Origin: a virus | Reading direction: 5' to 3' (one strand) | Virus record (IMG/VR): IMGVR_UViG_3300045988_126562 | Length of the DNA: 64,000 nt | Shown: positions 1-9,746 of the stretch, in pieces | Numbering within the stretch: the first letter of the stretch is position 1 | How the letters are laid out: every line of letters starts with the position of its first letter | Notes under the pieces: generated by a model | Database searches by the model: none | Told to the model about the DNA's origin: nothing | The model's input: the letters and a program-made list of their open reading frames with translations, nothing else | Made by a program: the position numbers and the translations under genes

Positions 1-30
1 TTCCATCGAAAACAGGTATCAAATAAGTAT

Positions 31-831
31 TCATTGTTGTTTGATGAAATTATCGAAATCATTAATAACCTTAATCATCTCTTTTGGTAATATTTCCAGA
101 GCGTAGTCTTTCATATCTTCATTCATTTCTTTCCAATAAGCATATGCTATGCTTCCAGATATTGCTCCTATTGTATCTGCATCCCCACCTAAATATATAG
201 CATTTCTAATACAACTCTCATAGCTGGTAGATTCTAGAAAACATCTAATAGCCTGGGGCACAGACCCTTCACAACTAGAGTCAAAGGTATATCCTTTTCT
301 TACTTTTTCAATAGGTGCATCAAAATCATAGTTTGGGTAATATTCAGAAGCAATATCAGTTAATTCTTTCTTTGTGTAACCTTCACGAGCAGACCATATC
401 AAATCAGCTACACAATTAGCTCCTATAATTCCTTTCTTATGATTATGTGTTATTTCTGCTTGTTTGGTAGAAAAATAAAGAACATCCTCATATTCATACA
501 AATATCCGCATGGACTAACCCTCATTGCCGAGCCATTACCATAACTACCATAAGGTTCTTTCTTGTCAGAAACTATCCATTTTTTAAATAATTTGCCGTA
601 TCCAGCATATGGATACTTACTACACCACTTTGATACAAAAGTTGTAAAATCAGGATTCTTTGGATTATGAATAATAGCTTCAGCTACACCTATTGTACAT
701 ACTGTATCATCAGTGAATTTCCCCTTATTTTCGAATAGGTCAAAACATGGACTATTTTGTCTAGATTTTTTAAATTCATAGGGCTGACCAAATATATCTC
801 CTACTATTGCTCCTAATAATAAGTTATTCAT
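31..831 (-). CDS. ADP-ribosylglycohydrolase family protein (ARH/DraG-like)
   Basis: 266-aa ORF with family-type motifs GAIVGDIFG, FTDDT, GNGSAMR and GGDADTIGAISG. Its start overlaps the stop of the upstream gene. Confidence 0.75.
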   Translation of the reverse strand: MNNLLLGAIVGDIFGQPYEFKKSRQNSPCFDLFENKGKFTDDTVCTIGVAEAIIHNPKNPDFTTFVSKWCSKYPYAGYGKLFKKWIVSDKKEPYGSYGNGSAMRVSPCGYLYEYEDVLYFSTKQAEITHNHKKGIIGANCVADLIWSAREGYTKKELTDIASEYYPNYDFDAPIEKVRKGYTFDSSCEGSVPQAIRCFLESTSYESCIRNAIYLGGDADTIGAISGSIAYAYWKEMNEDMKDYALEILPKEMIKVINDFDNFIKQQ

Positions 832-1106
832 GATTGAGTTTTTGCATATTTTAAATAAGACCCTGGAAACCTATACTGTAGTTTATTATAAAATACTATT
901 AAGTCATTTGTATTAGAATCACTACATAATGATGCTCCATTAGTAGCCGTTTCTAGCTTATAGGAATCAGAGTCCAAATCGTACAATATTACTCCTATAA
1001 AATCTCCATTTTTACTAAATACTAGAAATAAACCTTGATCTGCATTTCCATCACATAAATCTACCGTTTCATGAGAATCAGGTAGAACTACATCTAACAT
1101 TTTCAT
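828..1106 (-). CDS. hypothetical protein
   Basis: 92-aa ORF with stop/start overlaps to both neighbours, suggesting an operon. Confidence 0.5.
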   Translation of the reverse strand: MKMLDVVLPDSHETVDLCDGNADQGLFLVFSKNGDFIGVILYDLDSDSYKLETATNGASLCSDSNTNDLIVFYNKLQYRFPGSYLKYAKTQS

Positions 1107-2053
1107 AAGTTGATTTCTTTGATTGGTTTTAGGTTAAATGAGCTGGGAGTTATTTTTACACAATCCTTAGTTAGAATAATATTCTTACTAAGAGATTCTG
1201 CTGGATACATCCAGGTTTTAATTTTATTACTCTTTTCTAGTTGATTAATAAAATGAGCACCAAAGGACACATTTTTATATTTCCAAGGATCTTTATACAG
1301 AACATCTTCTAGATACTCCCATGTTCCTTCTTGTAATCCTTCTTTACTTCTACCAGATGGCATCAGTGGTAATAACACATGATAATAAATATTTTTACCA
1401 TATTCTTCTACCACTTTTAAAAACTCATCCACTGACTTATTATCTGATATAATGTGGTGTATGTTCACTTTTACATCAGATAAAGACAATAAATTGTTTA
1501 CGGCTTTTGTAGCTCTTTCCCTTAAAACCGGGTTACTAAAGCTAACAGCTACTCCACCACAATATTTAGATGTATACTCCAATATATTTCTAGCCAAAGA
1601 AGTAGACTCATCCGATAATACAATTCCGTTAGTAGTATAATTAGGGACTACTCCGCTATCATATACTGTTTTTAGAAACTCACAAAATTGAGGATGAATA
1701 GTAGGTTCTCCAGTAGAACCAATTGCTATTTGAAAAGGTTTCTCTGTAACAATAACATTAGTACTTTCTACCTGTTTATCTTCAGGGAATGTAGCCATCC
1801 ATTTTTTCCATGTTTCACAAATGTCTTGAAAATCAGTTCCTTTATTTGTAGCACTCACATAGCAGAATGGACATTCAGCATTACACCTAGTGTTAATACC
1901 TACGTCATAAAACTCACTTCTGTCAGGTTCCAATTCACTAGCTACCCCTTTACCTAATCTTACTGTTTTAAGATTATGCCAAATAGCATGATAATTCTTG
2001 TTAGGAAATTTTCTTACTTTAATCTTACTAAATAAATCTTCGTGCTTGTTCAT
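1103..2053 (-). CDS. radical SAM domain protein
   Basis: 316 aa with a CxxxCxxC cluster (CNAECPFCY), a GSTGEPT glycine-rich motif and TNG. Confidence 0.7.
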   Translation of the reverse strand: MNKHEDLFSKIKVRKFPNKNYHAIWHNLKTVRLGKGVASELEPDRSEFYDVGINTRCNAECPFCYVSATNKGTDFQDICETWKKWMATFPEDKQVESTNVIVTEKPFQIAIGSTGEPTIHPQFCEFLKTVYDSGVVPNYTTNGIVLSDESTSLARNILEYTSKYCGGVAVSFSNPVLRERATKAVNNLLSLSDVKVNIHHIISDNKSVDEFLKVVEEYGKNIYYHVLLPLMPSGRSKEGLQEGTWEYLEDVLYKDPWKYKNVSFGAHFINQLEKSNKIKTWMYPAESLSKNIILTKDCVKITPSSFNLKPIKEINL

Positions 2054-2057
2054 ATTT

Positions 2058-2426
2058 TTATAAAAAATCTATTGTATAATTTCCTGGTATATTATGAGTT
2101 TTAAGAACAGCTTCTAATCCTGCTCTATAAAAGGTGTCACAGTCTTCATATCCAGAACCATATGGCATTGTTATATCAATCCATGCTTCTGGAAGATTAT
2201 TCCACTCTTCCTCACTATACCATATTTTATCCTCATCCTCCTTCTTTCTATAATCAACTACTGGGTGTATTTCTGAATCACCATCTGTAGGTAAAATCCC
2301 ACTCAGTATTTCATAGATAAATTCGCAGACGTCCTTTTCAGCGCTAATAGTGCAAAATACTTCACTACTACTGTTTGTTATTATGTCTCCGAATGATTGT
2401 ATATTAATGCCGATATTCTGATGCAT
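2058..2426 (-). CDS. ITNSSSE-leader family paralog 1
   Basis: Track ORF 2058..2483 trimmed to Met20 (MHQNIGINIQSFGDIITNSSSEVF) by alignment with the five paralogs. Divergent acidic C-terminus. Confidence 0.6.
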   Translation of the reverse strand: MHQNIGINIQSFGDIITNSSSEVFCTISAEKDVCEFIYEILSGILPTDGDSEIHPVVDYRKKEDEDKIWYSEEEWNNLPEAWIDITMPYGSGYEDCDTFYRAGLEAVLKTHNIPGNYTIDFL

Positions 2427-2775
2427 AGCATTCACTCCTTGCATTGTCATAGACTTCTTCACATGTAGGAAAATGATCCTCAATCTTTACTATGTATAAA
2501 CCCTTTAAAGTATTAAATTCTTCAGAGTTATTATCTACGATTTCATCCCAATCATCAGTTCTCCAATTATATTTTATAGATAAGTAATTGCAGAACAACT
2601 CATCATATTCACTATGACTTTTTATCCAATCTAAATCTCCTATTGCACAAATATCTATGCACTCATCACTTATATTTCTATAATTGTCCACATAATATGG
2701 ATGCATTAGAAATACTTCCGAACTAGAGTTAGTTATCAAGTCACTGAATGATTGTATAGCACTTATAAATTTCAT
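2404..2775 (-). CDS. ITNSSSE-leader family paralog 2
   Basis: N-terminus MKFISAIQSFSDLITNSSSEVF; the rest is unrelated to its paralogs. Confidence 0.65.
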   Translation of the reverse strand: MKFISAIQSFSDLITNSSSEVFLMHPYYVDNYRNISDECIDICAIGDLDWIKSHSEYDELFCNYLSIKYNWRTDDWDEIVDNNSEEFNTLKGLYIVKIEDHFPTCEEVYDNARSECYASEYRH

Positions 2776-3302
2776 TGTTCTATTTTATTACCGTCATCAT
2801 CTACTATATAATCGTCTTCATTCCAGCTCAATAGCTTTACTACTCTCCCCTCTTTGTTTCTCGCTACTGGGCACTCGCAATCTACTACAAACAAATTTTC
2901 CAAAATCCAGTCTATAGTATGTGTAAACCCATGATCAATATCCACACTTATTTCCTTTTCTAGTTCTTCTAAAGGCTTCTTATTACCTATAGCATGTACT
3001 TCCTTAGTATATAAGTGTTTTTTGTTTTCGGGTATATAAGACAAATATTCTTGATAGTAATCATCAAAGGTTTTAACTTCTAATATACCTCCCATCCCTG
3101 AACTAATGTCATATTTTTCTTTTTCTTCATCTGACATTTCTACCCAATTTTCCCAACTTCCATTATACTTAAATTGGGAATGCACCTTCTCTATCAAGGA
3201 CTGTAATTCTTTTTTAGGCATATCAGTCCTAATACTGAATATTTCTGAACTGGAATTAGTTATTACATCTGAAATTGATTGGACTTTTATACTTAGTTGC
3301 AT
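2772..3302 (-). CDS. ITNSSSE-leader family paralog 3
   Basis: N-terminus MQLSIKVQSISDVITNSSSEIFSIRTD. Confidence 0.65.
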   Translation of the reverse strand: MQLSIKVQSISDVITNSSSEIFSIRTDMPKKELQSLIEKVHSQFKYNGSWENWVEMSDEEKEKYDISSGMGGILEVKTFDDYYQEYLSYIPENKKHLYTKEVHAIGNKKPLEELEKEISVDIDHGFTHTIDWILENLFVVDCECPVARNKEGRVVKLLSWNEDDYIVDDDGNKIEQ

Positions 3303-3574
3303 ATCTCTAGTACTTTTAATTGTTTATTTATAAGAGGAAGTTCTTCCTTATCTATAGATACCCAAATAGACCTTTTCAAATCTGACAGAAGAGAATCATA
3401 AGATAAGGAAAAAATTTCTTCAGTGGCTAAGTTCCTCTTACTCTTTTTTACTGAATTTTTATACTTGGAAAACATTTCTCCAAATGTATATGTTATTGGG
3501 GAATATCCTAATAACTCCTTTAGAAGATTTAGAACATTATCACTATACTCAACAATAGCTAGCATCGTAATCAA
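3293..3574 (-). CDS. hypothetical protein
   Basis: 93-aa ORF inside the paralog array; it lacks the shared leader motif. Confidence 0.45.
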   Translation of the reverse strand: MITMLAIVEYSDNVLNLLKELLGYSPITYTFGEMFSKYKNSVKKSKRNLATEEIFSLSYDSLLSDLKRSIWVSIDKEELPLINKQLKVLEICN

Positions 3575-4073
3575 ATAAGCCGTTGATCTTATTCAGGATA
3601 GCTGCATTATGTATGTTACTTGGATCCTTTGATTTAATAACATAGGAAGAATCATAATACCACTCTGGATCTGATTCATTATGTGATTTAGCAAATTCAT
3701 CCAAGCTTAAACTACCACAATTATTTACCATATAGTGGTATATTTTCTCTTCTACATCGGACGCATCACTCCAGAGTCTTTTAGAAACTTTATCATCATA
3801 ATTTTTTAATAATTCCTCAAGATCTGGATGTTTACCAGGATTTTCTTCTATTTCCTCTTTAGCTTCATCAACATACCATCCATCTGTATCTCCAACTTCC
3901 AAATTATATTCCACTTTTATAGTGAATAGATCGTCGCAGGTTAAATCAGATCCAGCAGATTTTAAAACAGCATTTATAATCTCTTTTACAGCTTCTGGGC
4001 TAGTAGCCCAAGTAAAGACGGATGTAGAGCTATTTGTAATTAAGTCTACGTATGATTGTATAATGTATTTCAT
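3549..4073 (-). CDS. ITNSSSE-leader family paralog 4 (variant motif)
   Basis: N-terminus MKYIIQSYVDLITNSSTSVF; acidic C-terminal part. Confidence 0.6.
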   Translation of the reverse strand: MKYIIQSYVDLITNSSTSVFTWATSPEAVKEIINAVLKSAGSDLTCDDLFTIKVEYNLEVGDTDGWYVDEAKEEIEENPGKHPDLEELLKNYDDKVSKRLWSDASDVEEKIYHYMVNNCGSLSLDEFAKSHNESDPEWYYDSSYVIKSKDPSNIHNAAILNKINGLFDYDASYC

Positions 4074-4086
4074 TTTACTTGTGTAT

Positions 4087-4749
4087 TTATCCCAGATGTA
4101 TATGGAATCCGTTTAGTAGTTCTGTGATTATATCAAAGGTATCATAAGGAATAGAATTGTCTTCTGTACTTATTATAAGAATTTTTCCATCTAAGTATTG
4201 TAAAGTTTCTTCTTCCTTTGGATTCCACCATGACGGTAATGGTTTTCCGGATTTTTCATATTCCTGAAAAAAGATTTTGCATTTTTCTAAAGCTCCTGGA
4301 ATTTCCATCACATCATAATAATCACACCCTCTTTTTCCTTCCATTTTATATCCTAATCCCTCTAAAAAATCGAAATATTCTATAAGAAACATATAGGTAT
4401 TTTTATAGTATTTTCCATCAAGATTAGATGCACTCTCCATTCTATACCTCGCTAAAGCGTATTCGTCTTCTAAATCTATAAACCATCCTTCTACTGTGCC
4501 ATAGTAACTTCCATATCCCCAATTTCCTTTATACATTAAAGTGTATGGGTCTGCTGGTCTATTATAAAAAGCCTTTCTGTAGTCATTCAAAGAAAATCTC
4601 ATAGGTTCTTCAAACCCAGTGGTTATTTCTTTAAGAACATTAAATACTTGCTCTTCAGTTAATTTCGTATCAGTTACGAATAATTCTGAAGAAGAATTGG
4701 TCACTACGTCACTAAAGGATTGTACAGGTATAATTAGCAAATTAACCAT
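4087..4749 (-). CDS. ITNSSSE-leader family paralog 5
   Basis: N-terminus MVNLLIIPVQSFSDVVTNSSSELF. Confidence 0.65.
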   Translation of the reverse strand: MVNLLIIPVQSFSDVVTNSSSELFVTDTKLTEEQVFNVLKEITTGFEEPMRFSLNDYRKAFYNRPADPYTLMYKGNWGYGSYYGTVEGWFIDLEDEYALARYRMESASNLDGKYYKNTYMFLIEYFDFLEGLGYKMEGKRGCDYYDVMEIPGALEKCKIFFQEYEKSGKPLPSWWNPKEEETLQYLDGKILIISTEDNSIPYDTFDIITELLNGFHIHLG

Positions 4750-5047
4750 AATATTCAGATGTTATATTTTGTGAGCCAAATATTAATTTAAGTATACTAG
4801 ATATGTCTTCTCCTACATTGCACATAACTGGATAACTTAATATCAATTCTCCAGGAGACTCTTCATAAATATCTCCAAGAATAGTATCATCGTCATCCTC
4901 TATATTATATCCCCATTTTTTAAGTATTTTATTCCATACTTCTCTGAAGGTTTCTGGAGATACGTCTGTGCGTATAGAAAATATTTCGGAACTAGAATTA
5001 GTTATTATATCTGAGACACTTTGTATATTTACTTTAAATCTTGTCAT
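4742..5047 (-). CDS. ITNSSSE-leader family paralog 6
   Basis: N-terminus MTRFKVNIQSVSDIITNSSSEIFSIRTD. Confidence 0.65.
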   Translation of the reverse strand: MTRFKVNIQSVSDIITNSSSEIFSIRTDVSPETFREVWNKILKKWGYNIEDDDDTILGDIYEESPGELILSYPVMCNVGEDISSILKLIFGSQNITSEYYG

Positions 5048-5065
5048 AAATACAAAAAGCTGCCC

Positions 5066-5641
5066 TTATTGGGCAGCTTTAATTAATTGGTAAAAATATT
5101 CTTTAGGAAGGATTACTACTTCCCCCTCACTAGACATATTAACCTGTCCTTCTTTTACATTCTGTTTATTCCAGAATATAACGAGAGGTTTATCTTTTAA
5201 TGGACAAGCCTCTGCTATAGCATGATAAGAAGGAGTAGGTTTAGTACATTTTATTTGAGCATAAAAGGGAAGTCTGCCAGATGGATCTATTAAATCCACC
5301 TTCATGTTATCCATTTTCTTACTTTCTCCAGCCGAAGTTACTAGTTCTGGATATCCCAGTTCTTTTAATTCATTTCTTATTTTATACTCATATGCTCTTC
5401 CCTTATTTTTAGCATATTTTCCTCCTCTTCTTTTGGTTTTTGCTTTTTCCTCATCACATTTAATACATCCGCTTCTTACTAAATGCGATTTTGCTTTTTG
5501 GGTAACTTCCCCATGTATAGGGCAAATAAACGTAAATGGTTCATCTAATCCTTTGTATTCAGAAGAGGAATAGTCATATTTGTCTCCATGTTTTGGTTTA
5601 CATTTTTTCTCGATAAATTCTTCAGTCGTGTATTTAGCCAT
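5066..5641 (-). CDS. putative nuclease with N-terminal Cys/His module
   Basis: 191 aa. N-terminal CPIHGEV...CIKC segment; C-terminal VDLID...QIKCTK resembles a PD-(D/E)XK-like core. Overlaps the primase 3' end by 97 nt. Confidence 0.35.
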   Translation of the reverse strand: MAKYTTEEFIEKKCKPKHGDKYDYSSSEYKGLDEPFTFICPIHGEVTQKAKSHLVRSGCIKCDEEKAKTKRRGGKYAKNKGRAYEYKIRNELKELGYPELVTSAGESKKMDNMKVDLIDPSGRLPFYAQIKCTKPTPSYHAIAEACPLKDKPLVIFWNKQNVKEGQVNMSSEGEVVILPKEYFYQLIKAAQ

Positions 5642-6621
5642 TGTATTCCGTCATTAATTAACTCGATCGTCTTATCTCTTCCATATTTTTTATAAAAATC
5701 TGAAATATCCTTTGCACCATAATGTTTAGGAATAAAAAGACAGTGACATCCGAATTTCTTCTTAATTTTGAACATGTTACTTATACCAGCTGAATCATTA
5801 TCATAAAAGACTACTATGACTTTAAATTTTCTCTTTAGTACTTCATACTGTTCTTCAGTTAAAAATAAGTTTTCAGAATTTGGAGCTATAGCTGTTATGC
5901 CTAATCCATATAAGCACATAACATCCTTCATGCTTTTAGTAATAACGCATAGATCCCCCGATTCAGGTAATTGTTTACTTCCTTGAATTAATTTAGATGG
6001 CCAATTAGATAAGAACCTAAATCTGGTTCTAAAAGGAAAATACATCCTCCATAATTCCATATTATTTTTGGATCCATAGTAATATCCAAAAATAAAATTA
6101 TTAGGAGATGAAGATGTAAAATAACCTCCATTTAGAAAAACTGATTTGCAAGAATATACATTAAATTTGCTCAGGGTAGATTCCTCTACTCCGTAAGATT
6201 TCCACCATTCCAATTCTTTTTTTGTAAATGGCTGTATTTGAGCTTGTAGAATACAAGATTCTGTTTCTTTAAGTATGTTTCCACTGTACTCTATAAGTTT
6301 TTCATGTTTTTTTAAATCCTTTCTATGTATAATTCCAAAATCATTAGCTATAATTTGTAAAGCTTTATGAAATGAACATCCATATTTATACATTACTAAA
6401 TTAAAACAATTTCCATAAAAATCGCCTCTAAAATCTTTAAAGATTAAGTCTCCACGCTTATTTTTAAAAAAAGCACATGTGGGATTTTCATCCTTCCTTA
6501 AAGGAGAACAAAACAACCCTTTGCCAACATGGACACCTAAATAGTGTTCCATAATGGCTTCTTGGGATAGTCTCTGTAATATTAATTCCTTAGTTATTGT
6601 TGGTTCAATTTGTATTTCCAT
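5545..6621 (-). CDS. DNA primase (Toprim-type)
   Basis: 358 aa with an N-terminal Cys segment (CSPLRKDENPTC) and acidic Toprim-like motifs (VITKSMKD, VVFYDNDSAG). Sits in the replication module. Confidence 0.55.
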   Translation of the reverse strand: MEIQIEPTITKELILQRLSQEAIMEHYLGVHVGKGLFCSPLRKDENPTCAFFKNKRGDLIFKDFRGDFYGNCFNLVMYKYGCSFHKALQIIANDFGIIHRKDLKKHEKLIEYSGNILKETESCILQAQIQPFTKKELEWWKSYGVEESTLSKFNVYSCKSVFLNGGYFTSSSPNNFIFGYYYGSKNNMELWRMYFPFRTRFRFLSNWPSKLIQGSKQLPESGDLCVITKSMKDVMCLYGLGITAIAPNSENLFLTEEQYEVLKRKFKVIVVFYDNDSAGISNMFKIKKKFGCHCLFIPKHYGAKDISDFYKKYGRDKTIELINDGIQWLNTRLKNLSRKNVNQNMETNMTIPLLNTKD

Positions 6622-6658
6622 ATACTATCAATTAAACCACAAAGTTACTAAGAAATTT

Positions 6659-7351
6659 TTATAACTCAAAATCTAATGGATCAGAGTCTTCTGCTTGAAC
6701 AGGTTGTCCTACTGCATTTGGTTTACTTGCTCCTGAGTCTAGGGAAGGCATCTTAGTAGGAGTAGCTGTCTCCATATCCTTCTTCCTATCCAGTTCGTAA
6801 GGAGTAAATCCTAGTTTCTGACCAATACAATTATTTGTAATAACTGCTTCTCCACCTGGCTCGAATACAGACAATAAATAAGGAAAACGAGGTTTATTGT
6901 CCTTATCTCCTATTAACTTAATTTTGGTCTGGAAACCAATTTTTGATTTGGTTTCTGATTCTAAGAACTTACATAACTTCTCAAATGTGGTACTTTTCCC
7001 AGATAATTTATTTAAGGCTTCTGGACAAACCTCAGCTAATAAATGTCCAATGGTTTTAGTAAATACCTCTAGATTAGAAGGATTCTCCATTTCATGTCCA
7101 TTGCTGTTTTTACGGGTAGTTCTTTTCTCATCTCCTGGTTTAGGTGCAAACAGAGTATGAGTAAATTGACCTTCATCGTTCTTGAATTTGATTCTAAGAA
7201 CTTCGTACTTCGCAGTAGGATCTTTCTTACCATCAAATTGTGCATATTCTACACCATCAAATTGTACATCGTGAATTTCCCAAGCTTTTAATAAAGGTAA
7301 AGAAGTTGATACATATTTTTCGTTGGCTCCAAATCCAATATTCATTTCCAT
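6659..7351 (-). CDS. hypothetical protein (possible ssDNA-binding protein)
   Basis: 230 aa in the replication module, with an acidic C-terminal tip DSDPLDFEL like SSB-type tails. Confidence 0.4.
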   Translation of the reverse strand: MEMNIGFGANEKYVSTSLPLLKAWEIHDVQFDGVEYAQFDGKKDPTAKYEVLRIKFKNDEGQFTHTLFAPKPGDEKRTTRKNSNGHEMENPSNLEVFTKTIGHLLAEVCPEALNKLSGKSTTFEKLCKFLESETKSKIGFQTKIKLIGDKDNKPRFPYLLSVFEPGGEAVITNNCIGQKLGFTPYELDRKKDMETATPTKMPSLDSGASKPNAVGQPVQAEDSDPLDFEL

Positions 7352-7366
7352 AATTGTGCAAATTTA

Positions 7367-7948
7367 TTAGAGTTCAAATTTAAATTCTTCAGTAATCTCT
7401 TCACTTCCGTCTCCATCTAATGTTGCTTCCATAGGAAGAACTTCTGGAATATCATCTTCAACTACTTTAATCTTTGGATCTACGCGTTTCTTTTTAGAGT
7501 CTTCTACGTAAGGAATATCAACCCCACCGTCCATGATAAATGTATCATTATTTAGTGGAATTAATTTAAATTCTGTACCGTGTTCAGCTAACTTAGTATT
7601 AGCTTTTCCTCTACAAGAAACAGTCTTGCTCTTAGTAAGTTTGTTTCCACTTTTACATCCGAAAACTTCATCCTTACCAATTACAGGAACTAACTTATCT
7701 TCATGTTTTTGGTATATTACAGAAATCCTATCTTCCCATTCTGCCCCTAAAACTTCTACAGCTTTAGAATTAAGAACTAATTTATTCTCTTCCAGAATAA
7801 CTATAGGCTCTGTACTACCATCATCTTTCATTACTGATTTAGCCTTTTTAGGAGTTGCTGCTCCTTCTTCGATTATCTCTCTGCTAATTGGAGTGTAATC
7901 TCCAGTTTCAGGATCAAAATCGAACTCTATCAACATTTTAACCCGCAT
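7367..7948 (-). CDS. hypothetical protein
   Basis: 193 aa, acidic. Its C-terminus EEFKFEL shares the FEL tip with the neighbour. Confidence 0.45.
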   Translation of the reverse strand: MRVKMLIEFDFDPETGDYTPISREIIEEGAATPKKAKSVMKDDGSTEPIVILEENKLVLNSKAVEVLGAEWEDRISVIYQKHEDKLVPVIGKDEVFGCKSGNKLTKSKTVSCRGKANTKLAEHGTEFKLIPLNNDTFIMDGGVDIPYVEDSKKKRVDPKIKVVEDDIPEVLPMEATLDGDGSEEITEEFKFEL

Positions 7949-8633
7949 TATACTCGCGTATTTTCTCTATAACGTATTCTAAATCGTTATCTATGTAAAG
8001 ATCTTCAAAACAACCAAATGGACTTTTGGCTGTATTTGTACCATCACTATTAGTCATAAACTTATATGCAATACCTCCATCATCATTTTTTCCAATGACT
8101 GTATATAAAACATAAGTAAATAAACCTTCTAGTACGATTACATTATCCAACATTTTACCTATGGTTTTAATCTTATAATTTGGATTCATTTCGTCCCCAG
8201 CATTCTCACTGTGAGTACAAACCACAAACATAAGATCATCACGCATATTCATAGCTTCTTTAAACACACTATACATATGTTGAGCCATTTCAGTAAACTT
8301 TTCGTAAGACTTTTCTTTAGCCCTATCCATAGCCTCAAACGACATCAAATACTGCATATCATCCAAAACTATAGTTTTAATATTAGGCATTTTACTATTT
8401 ATTAGCTTTAAAACAGTTCCAATTTTATCCACACTACTGGTTACGTAGTAATTACCTTCCCATGCTTTGGATTCTGGATCTTGCTTTAAGCTTTTATATT
8501 TAGCCTTAAATCCTCTAAACGGAAGAGGTTTACCGGTTGTACTTATGATGAAAGTTTCTTCTGGATTTAAATTACGAATAGAGGTGGATTTTCCACTCCC
8601 AGATGGACCAACGATTGCTATTAATTCAGCCAT
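7938..8633 (-). CDS. P-loop NTPase (AAA/RecA-like ATPase)
   Basis: Walker A GPSGSGKST and Walker B-like IVLDDM. Confidence 0.65.
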   Translation of the reverse strand: MAELIAIVGPSGSGKSTSIRNLNPEETFIISTTGKPLPFRGFKAKYKSLKQDPESKAWEGNYYVTSSVDKIGTVLKLINSKMPNIKTIVLDDMQYLMSFEAMDRAKEKSYEKFTEMAQHMYSVFKEAMNMRDDLMFVVCTHSENAGDEMNPNYKIKTIGKMLDNVIVLEGLFTYVLYTVIGKNDDGGIAYKFMTNSDGTNTAKSPFGCFEDLYIDNDLEYVIEKIREYNAG

Positions 8634-9746
8634 TTACATTACAAATTGATAATTTTTCTCAGAATTATCTATCTCAACTGGAGTATCTTTCTTTATTATT
8701 TCATCTTTTACTTGTTCTGGCCTACCATTTAAGGTTAAATATGGTTCATAATCATTTATTTCTTTACCTCTAGGAAGTTCTTTCCATACTCCTACATTAC
8801 CATAAAATCCATTGCCTATGGATACGTCTGTGTCTCCATATCTATTTTTTAATACTATTATAGCTCTAAAGGTATTTTCCAGCATACCTTTTATTTTATA
8901 GTCTTTATAAGTAACAAGTTTTTCCCTATGAGGATGAAATACAGCTAGTACTATTTCTGCATCTTCACTAGGTCCTCCACTATCTTTTATATCATCTAGT
9001 TGAGGCTCCTGAAATCCAGCATTTCTTCTATCCATAGAAGAACTTCCTCTATTCATTTGCATTAAAATAAGAGGACTTATACCACATCTGTTTCTAAGAG
9101 TAACTAAGTAATTGGAAGCTAAATCTATTTCTTCTTTTTTAGTTCTCCCTTTATCTTTCCTCATTAGTGCAATATGGTCTATTACTACTAAGATAACTTG
9201 ATTCTTATTATTAGGAATATATATTTTTCTGGTATCTGTTTCTTCAAATCGGCCATATTTACCTAGTTCTTTTAGAAGATGAGCATACATTCTATCAGCC
9301 GTTAAGCTTCTATCATATACTGTTATTATTTCTTCTATTCTATCCAACCAGTTTTTGGCATCTTTTACCAGTTCAAAATCCTCTTCAGAAAGAGTTTTAC
9401 CTCTTTTCTTGGAAAGAAGTTCCTTAAATGATAATTCTTTTCCATATTTTTCCCAAAGGTAGATACTTAAAAGTTTCACAAATAAAGCCTCAGCGGACAT
9501 TTCCAGAGAATAATATATAACTTTAAAATTCTCATTGTTTATATTATCCATTAAAGGCTTATATATATATGCATACAGAGCAAATGAAGTTTTTCCACTT
9601 CCAGTGGAGCCAAATATAAGAGAATATGTAGACTGAGTTACTCCGTCTATTACACTTTCTAACTTCGGTAAACCCATAGGTAAACCCCAGTTTTCCCCCT
9701 TCATTCCTTTCTCTATTTGCTCTAATACAGAATTTACTATCGACAT
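8634..9746 (-). CDS. DnaB-like replicative helicase
   Basis: 370 aa with Walker A GSTGSGKTSF and Walker B VVIDHIALM, in a RecA-like C-terminal domain arrangement. Confidence 0.65.
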   Translation of the reverse strand: MSIVNSVLEQIEKGMKGENWGLPMGLPKLESVIDGVTQSTYSLIFGSTGSGKTSFALYAYIYKPLMDNINNENFKVIYYSLEMSAEALFVKLLSIYLWEKYGKELSFKELLSKKRGKTLSEEDFELVKDAKNWLDRIEEIITVYDRSLTADRMYAHLLKELGKYGRFEETDTRKIYIPNNKNQVILVVIDHIALMRKDKGRTKKEEIDLASNYLVTLRNRCGISPLILMQMNRGSSSMDRRNAGFQEPQLDDIKDSGGPSEDAEIVLAVFHPHREKLVTYKDYKIKGMLENTFRAIIVLKNRYGDTDVSIGNGFYGNVGVWKELPRGKEINDYEPYLTLNGRPEQVKDEIIKKDTPVEIDNSEKNYQFVM

